Under the pieces are notes generated by a model. The model did no database searches, was not told the DNA's origin, and saw only the letters and a program-made list of their open reading frames with translations. Shown here in pieces: positions 56,314 through 64,000 of a stretch of DNA of 64,000 bases (the stretch's first letter is position 1; each line of letters begins with the position of its first letter). Origin of the DNA: Bacteriovoracia bacterium. GTDB lineage: Bacteria; Bdellovibrionota; Bacteriovoracia; Bacteriovoracales; Bacteriovoracaceae. The position numbers and the translations under genes were made by a program. Location of the stretch: NCBI GenBank assembly GCA_046570105.1, contig JBKHVI010000001.1, positions 96,001 to 160,000 on the forward strand. Reading direction: 5' to 3'.

Positions 56314-58575
56314 TTATTTCAAAATCTCCACCACACCCGTTCTACCATCGACACGCACGCGCATGCCCGTCTTAAGTTTCTTGGTGGCACCCGTGAGATT
56401 TAGCACGGCTGGAATGCCGTATTCGCGGCCAATAACAGCCGCATGAGATAATACCCCACCCACCTCAGTGATAATCGCTGAAGCGCGTGCCATGGTGGGT
56501 GTCCAGCCAGGGTCAGTGAATTTTGTGACGAGAACTTCACCGCTCATAAGAAGGTTCGCCTCTGATAAATCCAAAACGACCCGTACCACTGCCTCGACCT
56601 CACCACTTGAGCAACCAATGCCTTGTAGCCCTGAGGTATCTTTTGAAATCGTCAGTGCACCACCGAACTCGTTCGGTGCTTCAAAGTTGCGATAGCCTTT
56701 CAAAAGCAAATCTCTTTTGCGCCATTCTTTTTTATTGGGGATATCTTGGCTCACAAATTCATCGAACTTTAAAAGATGAATCTCGCCCGCCTTTAGGCCC
56801 AAGCGTCTCTCACCTTCAAGCAGCATTTTCCTGACCAGGTAATACGCTCTTGTGGAGTACGCCCGCATGCTCTCTCTTTGCGTTAGGTAATTACGCGCAC
56901 GTAGTAACTGTCGCTTCACTTGATTTTTCTCAAACAGATTCCAGCTCCAGCGAGTCTGAAGTGAGCGATCTAGCCGTTCCCATTCATCCTGCCAATTTTC
57001 ATTTGAATGATGTTGAGCCGGTTTGACGTCTTTAAGCATTTCCAGAACACGAACTGGATTTTCACCCCAGCGTGGCACGGTTAAATCAAGTTCCACGTCG
57101 CCATGATGATAATGCCGCTCGAGAAATTGATTCAGGCTTTCTTGAAAGCTCGCTTTGCCTTCATGCTTCTTGAGATTTTCCAGATCACTCAGAATATCCA
57201 TGTGACTCATCTTATCTAGATTTGAGAGCAGTTTGAGAAGGTCACAACCCGGATTAAGCTTTGTGATCTTATTTTTAAGATCGGTTTGAAAATTGGAATT
57301 GTTATAAATTGTGCGAAAGTAACTCGTTTCAGTACGAAATTGATACGCATCGACCTCGCGAACTAATTGCCAAAAATCGCGGTCATTGAGTTCCTGACAA
57401 CTCTCAACTCTTGGTCTCAGCCTTTGATCTTGTCCTTCAAACCAAGCTGGAAATTTTTCCAACATGCGTTCACAGTTTTGGTATTCAAATGTCACTGCTG
57501 CTAGCGCGTTTAATGCAACTAAGACGGATTGCGGAGTGATCCCCGTTTTCTCTGGGCCCTTTGCCCCGTAGTCTTTGGTAATACCTAGACCCTGATCAAA
57601 AACTTTTTCATCGTAACCAGGAATGCGCTTCAAAGCTTCTTTAACCACTCCTGCATTCCAAAATCCTCTTCCATAGAGATGATACATCCATTGATAAGCA
57701 TCCCCTGAGCGCAGGAGCGAGATGTCTTCAAAATAGCGGCCCATAGAAGATTGCAGTGCACGTTGATAGAGTGAGTACATCATCGGGGGACAAACACGTG
57801 CTGATATGCCGCCATCTTTTAAATCAGCATTGGTGAGTTCCGGCACATCTCTGCGCCAGGCCACATGGGTAACAGGACGAGCTTGCAGAATCCAAATCTT
57901 GCCGGCGGGATCAATCGCCCATTCGATATCTTGCGGATGACCGTAGTGAGTTTGAATTTCCAGTGCAAGCCGAGTGAGAACTTTTAATTCATTATCAGAG
58001 AGCCCGGTCTTTTCATCATTAATCTCCGCCGATACAACTACTTCTTCACTCCAATCATAGCGATAGCGCGAAGGAGTTACATGTCCTGACACCAATCTCT
58101 CTCCAAGACCGGCACAGACTTCGATATAAAAAATTTCTTCCTGTCCCAAGACGGGATCAATCGTGAACAGCACCCCCGCTCTTTCGGCTGGCACCATTTT
58201 CTGCACCATCACGCGCATGCTCTTTTCTAACTCGTCTTTCGAGATAGTCTGTCCGTGAGTTTGAAGATAGTCACGCACACGCTCAGATTGACTGGAGTTA
58301 AAACACTCTTCAATGGCATTTTTGAGTTGCGCCTCATCCTGGATTCGCAAGATCGATTCGTACATACCAGCAAAGCTGGCATCTCCCAGATCCTCAATGG
58401 TGCCCGACGAGCGAGCGGCGACGGGATATCCCCCGATTTTGGCGACCTCTTGGGCTAAGTCACGAGCCTCGCCCCTCGAAGGAACAATAAAAAAGGGCGG
58501 AACGGGCATATGTATCGCCTCGAGCTCCCTTAAGCGCCCTGCCTTACTACCCGCATCATGAAAAACTGATACCAT
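56314..58575 (-). CDS. PEP-utilising-enzyme family phosphotransferase (RPH/PigC architecture), copy 2
   Basis: AGSKA, ARSS..ED..SFAG, QDIEWA, LQARPVT; C-terminal TDPGW...GGVLSHAAVIGREYGIP. Confidence 0.9.
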   Translation of the reverse strand: MVSVFHDAGSKAGRLRELEAIHMPVPPFFIVPSRGEARDLAQEVAKIGGYPVAARSSGTIEDLGDASFAGMYESILRIQDEAQLKNAIEECFNSSQSERVRDYLQTHGQTISKDELEKSMRVMVQKMVPAERAGVLFTIDPVLGQEEIFYIEVCAGLGERLVSGHVTPSRYRYDWSEEVVVSAEINDEKTGLSDNELKVLTRLALEIQTHYGHPQDIEWAIDPAGKIWILQARPVTHVAWRRDVPELTNADLKDGGISARVCPPMMYSLYQRALQSSMGRYFEDISLLRSGDAYQWMYHLYGRGFWNAGVVKEALKRIPGYDEKVFDQGLGITKDYGAKGPEKTGITPQSVLVALNALAAVTFEYQNCERMLEKFPAWFEGQDQRLRPRVESCQELNDRDFWQLVREVDAYQFRTETSYFRTIYNNSNFQTDLKNKITKLNPGCDLLKLLSNLDKMSHMDILSDLENLKKHEGKASFQESLNQFLERHYHHGDVELDLTVPRWGENPVRVLEMLKDVKPAQHHSNENWQDEWERLDRSLQTRWSWNLFEKNQVKRQLLRARNYLTQRESMRAYSTRAYYLVRKMLLEGERRLGLKAGEIHLLKFDEFVSQDIPNKKEWRKRDLLLKGYRNFEAPNEFGGALTISKDTSGLQGIGCSSGEVEAVVRVVLDLSEANLLMSGEVLVTKFTDPGWTPTMARASAIITEVGGVLSHAAVIGREYGIPAVLNLTGATKKLKTGMRVRVDGRTGVVEILK

Positions 58576-58631
58576 TCTTTGATATTATCACGGGCCCCCT
58601 CTGTGCGCCGTGCGACAAGTGTTTCATTTTT

Positions 58632-58660
58632 TTGACAACTGACTAGAGTGGCCTTATAAA
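58632..58660 (+). promoter_or_regulatory. Sigma70 promoter of rplU-rpmA
   Basis: TTGACA-N17-TATAAA. Confidence 0.8.
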
Positions 58661-58734
58661 GTTCCACTAACTCATCTAGGGCGAAAAGCAGGGAACTCCC
58701 TCCCCGGCAGATGGTTATTCTTTAAGGAGCTCTC

Positions 58735-59100
58735 ATGTACAGTGTCGTGGAAATCAAAGGCCACCAATACAAGGTGTCTCCCGGCGATCTTATCGATGTT
58801 GAAAAACTCGATCTAGAAGAAGGGAAAACAGTAGAATTCGATCAAGTCCTCTTGATCGGTGGCGAGAAGACAATTGTTGGTTTGCCAACAGTTGCTGGCG
58901 CGAAAGTAACAGCTACGGTTGTTAAGCAAGGCCGCACTCGTAAAATTTTCGTTCTCAAGCGCGCACCTGGTTCATACCGTCGTAAAAACGGTCACCGCCA
59001 GTGTTTCACCGGCCTCGTGATCACAGAGATCAATGACGGCAAAGGTGGAAGTGCAAAAATCGATGCTGGCCACCAAAACGCCAAGCGTCTCAAGAAGTAA
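58735..59100 (+). CDS. rplU: 50S ribosomal protein L21
   Basis: MYSVVEIKGHQYKV...GHRQ. Confidence 0.97.
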   Translation: MYSVVEIKGHQYKVSPGDLIDVEKLDLEEGKTVEFDQVLLIGGEKTIVGLPTVAGAKVTATVVKQGRTRKIFVLKRAPGSYRRKNGHRQCFTGLVITEINDGKGGSAKIDAGHQNAKRLKK

Positions 59101-59123
59101 TTAAAGAATTAGGAGATTAGACC

Positions 59124-59378
59124 ATGGCACACAAGAAATCGGGTGGTTCGACCAGTAACGGCCGTGACTCAAACCCAAAATATCGTGGTGTAAAAAAGTT
59201 CGGTGGCGAAGTTGTTGAAACTGGCATGATTGTTATCCGCCAGAAAGGCACTAAGATTCACCCTGGCAAAAACGTACGTATGGGCCGTGACTTCACGATC
59301 TATGCTATGTGCCCAGGTAAAGTGAAATTCGCTTGGTTCACTAAGGACCAGAAGATCGTTTCAATCATCCCAGCATAA
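59124..59378 (+). CDS. rpmA: 50S ribosomal protein L27
   Basis: [16 protein letters not shown]. Confidence 0.98.
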   Translation: MAHKKSGGSTSNGRDSNPKYRGVKKFGGEVVETGMIVIRQKGTKIHPGKNVRMGRDFTIYAMCPGKVKFAWFTKDQKIVSIIPA

Positions 59379-59404
59379 TTTTCGGGATTATTTGAGTTAT
59401 TTTC

Positions 59405-59437
59405 AAGGGAGCTTGGCGACAAGCTCCCTTTTTTTTT
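59405..59437 (+). terminator. Intrinsic terminator after rpmA
   Basis: AAGGGAGCTTG-GCGA-CAAGCTCCC-T9. Confidence 0.85.
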
Positions 59438-59451
59438 GTACAAAGCGCATC

Positions 59452-60456
59452 ATGAGATTCATCGACGAAGTAGAAATTATTATCCGCTCAGGCGACGGTG
59501 GTGCTGGCTGTGTAGGCTGGCGCCGTGAAAAATTCGTTCCTCGCGGGGGACCTGACGGCGGCAACGGCGGCCGTGGGGCTCACGTTATTTTCGTCGGGGA
59601 TGAAAATTTCAATACCCTCATGCACTTTCGCGGACAAAAAGTTTTCCGTGGTGATGACGGAGTTAAAGGCGCTGGCTCAGGTATGAACGGTGCCGCTGGT
59701 GAAGATCTCATCCTTCGCGTACCAGTCGGAACTCTCCTCTATCACCAAGAAACGGGTGAGTTGATCTGTGACATCTCAGAACACGGCCAGACTTATACGG
59801 CTTCAGAGGGTGGCCGCGGAGGACTCGGCAACGCATTCTTTCAGACTTCGACCAACCGCTCGCCACACTACGCTCAGAAAGGTGAACCGGGAGTAGAAAT
59901 TCCTATTCGCTTGGAGCTGAAGCTCTTAGCTGATATCGCGCTCATCGGTCTACCAAATGCCGGCAAGAGCACGATGATTTCAACGATTCGTAATTCACGT
60001 CCTAAGATTGCAGATTATCCCTTCACTACTCTCGAGCCAAACCTAGGCGTAGTTTCAGTGGATAACGACAAGACTTTGGTGGTGGCTGATATTCCCGGAT
60101 TGATCGAAGGGGCCTCTGAAGGCAAAGGTCTAGGTATCGCTTTCTTAAAGCATATCGAGCGCACCTCGGCCCTTGTTCACTTAATCGATTGTTCGATGTT
60201 TATTGAAGAATACGAAGTGATGGAAGCCTACTCCACCATTCGTGATGAGCTCGGAAAATACGATGAAAGCCTGTTAAATAAACGTGAAATCGTCTGTTTA
60301 ACTAAGATTGATGCCATGACTGAAGACGAGATTGAAAAATTCCGCTCATTTATGGAAGAAAATCTTGATCGCCGCGTACTACCGGTATCTTCGATCTCAG
60401 GGCGTAACATTGACCTCTTAAAGCGCCTGATGCTAAAGACCAAAGAAGAAGTTTAA
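59452..60456 (+). CDS. obgE: GTPase ObgE/CgtA
   Basis: MRFIDE, GGPDGGNGG, GLPNAGKST, YPFTT, DIPG, TKID. Confidence 0.97.
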   Translation: MRFIDEVEIIIRSGDGGAGCVGWRREKFVPRGGPDGGNGGRGAHVIFVGDENFNTLMHFRGQKVFRGDDGVKGAGSGMNGAAGEDLILRVPVGTLLYHQETGELICDISEHGQTYTASEGGRGGLGNAFFQTSTNRSPHYAQKGEPGVEIPIRLELKLLADIALIGLPNAGKSTMISTIRNSRPKIADYPFTTLEPNLGVVSVDNDKTLVVADIPGLIEGASEGKGLGIAFLKHIERTSALVHLIDCSMFIEEYEVMEAYSTIRDELGKYDESLLNKREIVCLTKIDAMTEDEIEKFRSFMEENLDRRVLPVSSISGRNIDLLKRLMLKTKEEV

Positions 60457-60468
60457 GAAAGGACACCC

Positions 60469-60930
60469 GTGGCTAACGAATTTTTGAAGAATGAAATCCA
60501 GAATATCCTTAATGATAAGCGCTGGGCTTTTCCATTGAATCACGCCATGGCGGCCACTTATGTGCTGGCCCACTACAAAGGTGAGAATCTTAAAGTTTTC
60601 GATATGCAGAATGGCTCAGCGATGTGTGACTACAACATTGTCGCGACAGCACAAAACCCGATGCAAGCACGCGCGATGGCCGACGAAATTGGCCGTCAGT
60701 TCCGCGAAATGGGTACCGAAATTATTTCTTTCGAAGGTTATGGTTCAGCTGATTGGATCTTGCTAGATACTGGTGACGTGATCACTCACATCTTCCAAGA
60801 AAATACCCGCTCGGCCTATGACCTCGACCATGTCTTCGGCGATCGCCCACACGTTAAAATTCCTGACGAATTCTACTTCGCAGGCGCCGCCGCTCCAAAA
60901 GCTGAAGAGACCCTCAAAGGGTTCTTCTAA
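60469..60930 (+). CDS. rsfS: Ribosome silencing factor
   Basis: KGEN, WILLDTGDVITHIF...R..YDL. Confidence 0.9.
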   Translation: MANEFLKNEIQNILNDKRWAFPLNHAMAATYVLAHYKGENLKVFDMQNGSAMCDYNIVATAQNPMQARAMADEIGRQFREMGTEIISFEGYGSADWILLDTGDVITHIFQENTRSAYDLDHVFGDRPHVKIPDEFYFAGAAAPKAEETLKGFF

Positions 60931-60932
60931 GC

Positions 60933-61382
60933 TTGAAGGCCTTTCATCTTATCTGTGTCGGCAAACTCAAAGACGCCTCCCTTGAGGCGATCGAGAACGA
61001 CTACTTTAAGCGCCTGAACAATCCTCCTCTCCAAATTCATGAACTCAAGGCCTCAGCTGAAAATAAAGAAGCTGAGGGCGAAGTCATTCTCAAAAAGCTC
61101 AAAGACTTGGGTGATACCCATCGAGTCGCCATGACTGAATGGGGCAAACGTTATACTTCAGTGGATTTTGCAAAGTGGACAGAGAAGCTACTCGAGCGGC
61201 CGGCCAAGACGGTATTCATTATCGCCGGCGCGGAAGGCTTCTCCGACGCAGTGCTGAGTTCATGCCAGGAACGATTATCGCTCTCGGAGCTGACATTTCC
61301 TCATAAACTAGCGAGAATTCTACTCGTGGAGCAGCTCTACCGCGCTCAAACGTTGCGTACAGGGCATCCCTACCACAACTAG
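60933..61382 (+). CDS. rlmH: 23S rRNA m3Psi1915 methyltransferase
   Basis: VGK, LSLSELTFPH, EQLYRA, HPYHN. Confidence 0.95.
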   Translation: MKAFHLICVGKLKDASLEAIENDYFKRLNNPPLQIHELKASAENKEAEGEVILKKLKDLGDTHRVAMTEWGKRYTSVDFAKWTEKLLERPAKTVFIIAGAEGFSDAVLSSCQERLSLSELTFPHKLARILLVEQLYRAQTLRTGHPYHN

Positions 61383-61391
61383 GGGATCGTT

Positions 61392-62924
61392 ATGTCTTCC
61401 ATTCAATCTTTAAGTAAGCGTGCACTCCTTTGCATCTTTGATGGCTTCGGTCTGCAATCGGCCGATTTAAAAAACGCCATTCTTCACGCCAAGAAACCTA
61501 CTTTCGATCATGTCTTCGCGACTTATCCGATGACCACTATTCAGGCCGGCGGTGAGCCGGTGGGTCTTCCCAAAGGCGTGGCGGGAAATTCTGAAGTCGG
61601 TCATTTGAATTTGGGTGCAGGTCGCCCTGTTCGTCAGGACTTAGTGCGAATCAACGAAGCGATTACGCTGAACACCTTTAAAGACATGCCTCGCTGGAAA
61701 GAGCTGATTGAGTTTGCTCGCAAAACTAAACGTCTGCATCTCTTGGGTCTTTTGTCAGATGGTGGTGTGCACTCACACATTGAGCATCTGAAACATATTC
61801 TTTCGCTTTTAAAAAACGAAGGCATTCAAGTTTATCTACATGCCTTTATGGATGGACGAGACACCGGCAAAGATAAAGGCGTGAATTATCTCGCCGATAT
61901 CTTGGCTTTTGGCGGATGTAAATTTGCCTCCATGCAAGGCCGCTCGATTGGCATGGATCGTGACCGTCGTTGGGAAAAGATTCAAGCAGCGATGGATATG
62001 ATGATCGGAGATAAGATCACTACAACTGATCCTCTAACTTATCTTAAGAGTGAATACGCCAAAGGTCTCTTTGATGAATTCATTACGCCTGCGCTCTTTG
62101 ATAAAGACGGCGCCATTAAAACTGGCGACGCTGTCTTCTTTTTTAACTTCCGTCCAGATCGGGCTCGTCAGATCTCTCTCGCTTTTAACGAGAAAGGCTT
62201 TAAAGAATTTCCAATTAAAGTGAAACCCGGCATGTGGCTTTGCATGAGCCCTTATGTACAAGACGAGATTCCTGATTTACCGATTCTCTTTGATAAAGAA
62301 AAAATCCAAGGAACTCTCGCCCACTACATTTCCACCTTAGGCTTAAAGCAATTTAAAATTGCTGAAACCGAGAAGTATGCTCACGTGACTTACTTCTTCA
62401 ACGGTGGTGAAACCCAAGCTTTCCCTGGTGAAGAGCGTCTCTTGATTCCTTCTCCGCGCGAAGTGGCGACCTACGATCTAAAACCACAAATGAGTGCACC
62501 GGAAGTTTGTGACAATCTCGTCGCGAAACTGGCGGATCATTCTATCTCCCTTTATGTGGTGAACTTCGCTAATTGCGATATGGTTGGCCACACCGGCAAT
62601 TATGAAGCGGCAGTGAAAGCTGTCGAAACAGTCGATCAGTGTCTCGCTCGTTTAGTGGATGCTTGTGCGAAAGAAGATGTCACCCTCTTGGTGACGGCTG
62701 ATCATGGTAATGCCGATCAGATGATTTATCCGGATGGCTCGGTTCATACTTCTCACTCTGATGCGGAAGTCCCCTTTGTCATCATTCATCCCAAACTTAA
62801 AAATGTTAAAATCGCATCACGAGTGGCCTCTGATTTGGCGCTCAAGGATGTGGCCCCCACCATTCTCAAAGTGATGGGGATTGATAAACCTAAAGACTTC
62901 TCTGGTGAGGCGGTGTTTCCATGA
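61392..62924 (+). CDS. gpmI: 2,3-BPG-independent phosphoglycerate mutase
   Basis: GNSEVGH, DGGVHSH, AETEKYAHVT, DMVGHTG, TADHGN. Confidence 0.97.
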   Translation: MSSIQSLSKRALLCIFDGFGLQSADLKNAILHAKKPTFDHVFATYPMTTIQAGGEPVGLPKGVAGNSEVGHLNLGAGRPVRQDLVRINEAITLNTFKDMPRWKELIEFARKTKRLHLLGLLSDGGVHSHIEHLKHILSLLKNEGIQVYLHAFMDGRDTGKDKGVNYLADILAFGGCKFASMQGRSIGMDRDRRWEKIQAAMDMMIGDKITTTDPLTYLKSEYAKGLFDEFITPALFDKDGAIKTGDAVFFFNFRPDRARQISLAFNEKGFKEFPIKVKPGMWLCMSPYVQDEIPDLPILFDKEKIQGTLAHYISTLGLKQFKIAETEKYAHVTYFFNGGETQAFPGEERLLIPSPREVATYDLKPQMSAPEVCDNLVAKLADHSISLYVVNFANCDMVGHTGNYEAAVKAVETVDQCLARLVDACAKEDVTLLVTADHGNADQMIYPDGSVHTSHSDAEVPFVIIHPKLKNVKIASRVASDLALKDVAPTILKVMGIDKPKDFSGEAVFP

Positions 62925-63886
62925 AAATAGCTCTTTTATGCTCTGGCGGCGACGCTCCTGGAATGAACTGTGCCATCCGTGCCGTCGTCAGAACGGCGAT
63001 TTTTCACGGCCATAAAGTCTTAGGGATCAAACGCGGCTACGCAGGCCTTTTGCGTGGTGAATTCCAAGATATGAGTCTCTCTTCTGTTGGTAATATCATT
63101 CAGCGTGGTGGAACAGTCCTACAAACTTCACGCTGTCCAGAATGGATGAAGCCGGAATATCGCGCTAAAGGTGCTGAGATTTTGCGCGCGCAAGGAGTCG
63201 ATGGTCTCATCGTTATTGGTGGTGATGGATCTTTTAACGGTGCGAACGCACTCTCCAGCGAACACGGTTTTCCGATTATCGGTATTCCCGGAACAATTGA
63301 TAACGACATCAGCGGCACTGAGTACACCATCGGGTTTGACACCGCCGTGCAAACCGCGATTGAAGCCATTGACCGCATTCGTGATACCGCTCACTCGCAC
63401 GCGAGAACATTTCTCGTCGAAGTCATGGGCCGAAACTCCGCCGCCATCGCCCTTAAAGTGGGTGTGTGTACTGGTGCTGAGAACGTCCTACTCCCTCACG
63501 ATCAAATTCCTTTGCAAAAAATCGTCGACGATATCCAGCGCGGAGTCGCTCGTGGCAAAGACTCATCAATCATCGTCGTAGCCGAGGGTCCTGTTTCTGG
63601 CCGCTCTTATGAAATACAAAAAGAACTTAAAGCGAAGCATCAACTCGACGCTCACGTTTGTATCTTGGGCCATATTCAGCGCGGTGGCTCACCAACATCC
63701 AACGATCGCTTTATTGCCTCACAAATGGGTTCTCTCGCGGTAGAAGCTATCATTGCAGGCAAAACTGGTAAAGTGACTGTCGTGCAAAAAGGCGTGGTCA
63801 CACTTGAAGAACTCTCCAAGTGCACCCTCAAAAACGACGTCGGCTTCACTGAATTTAAAGAGCTGGCAGAGAAACTTTCGATTTAG
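62921..63886 (+). CDS. pfkA: ATP-dependent 6-phosphofructokinase
   Basis: SGGDAPGMN, GGDGS, PGTIDND, EVMGR, LGHIQRGG. Confidence 0.97.
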   Translation: MKIALLCSGGDAPGMNCAIRAVVRTAIFHGHKVLGIKRGYAGLLRGEFQDMSLSSVGNIIQRGGTVLQTSRCPEWMKPEYRAKGAEILRAQGVDGLIVIGGDGSFNGANALSSEHGFPIIGIPGTIDNDISGTEYTIGFDTAVQTAIEAIDRIRDTAHSHARTFLVEVMGRNSAAIALKVGVCTGAENVLLPHDQIPLQKIVDDIQRGVARGKDSSIIVVAEGPVSGRSYEIQKELKAKHQLDAHVCILGHIQRGGSPTSNDRFIASQMGSLAVEAIIAGKTGKVTVVQKGVVTLEELSKCTLKNDVGFTEFKELAEKLSI

Positions 63887-64000
63887 AAAATTACGCAAGT
63901 AAGGGACTTGAGGATTTTTTAGTTCTCAAATCTGTCTCAAGAGCAGCCGCTTTCTTGCTAGCTTCATTGAAAATCGTATTCAGGTGAATATTGGCACCTT

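Noticed and set aside
46387..58575. ppsA/ppdK or rifampin-resistance calls for the two PEP-utiliser genes
   Set aside because: Domain order lacks the pyruvate-binding barrel; the context suggests biosynthesis; substrate cannot be determined from sequence.
1048..63581. Numerous short antisense or alternative-frame ORFs in the supplied track
   Set aside because: They lie within well-supported genes and have no motifs; treated as shadow ORFs.
1..64000. tRNA, rRNA, tmRNA or prophage genes
   Set aside because: No cloverleaf, rRNA signature or phage hallmark gene recognised by eye.

Overview
Bacterial chromosomal window, standard genetic code. Gene content and style suggest a predatory Bdellovibrionota, probably Bacteriovoracaceae-like (inference, not verified). 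A housekeeping backbone (msbA-like, gmhB, recO, lepA, ktrAB, lptF, pepA, trmL, mtgA, rlmC, mltD, lgt, rplU-rpmA-obgE-rsfS-rlmH-gpmI-pfkA) is interrupted by two notable accessory loci. (1) 29.4-31.4 kb: a RAYT/TnpA-REP-type HUH nuclease whose stop codon lies inside a perfect palindrome. Upstream of it is a three-unit ~276-bp array in which a conserved ~140-bp linker alternates with exactly 111-nt segments; these diverge in sequence but keep one multibranch fold and carry a GARC-NNN-GARC-TGNNN-RARC-NNN-GARC loop. Next comes an unannotated Ibs/Sib-like type I toxin-antitoxin candidate (24-aa hydrophobic peptide plus antisense RNA). (2) 41-58.6 kb: a putative lipid or fatty-amine biosynthesis and export cluster with a TamH-like transaminase/acyl-ACP reductase fusion, a bCerS/YghO-like GNAT, a P450, two RPH/PigC-like phosphotransferases, UbiA-like and CarS-like proteins, a LolCDE-like ABC system, a LolA-like protein and an outer-membrane barrel, interrupted by a type II TA module. 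Also seen: a MITE-like structured intergenic element, tandem major-OMP paralogs, operator palindromes and many apparently leaderless genes. All calls come from reading motifs by eye; no searches or folding programs were run.
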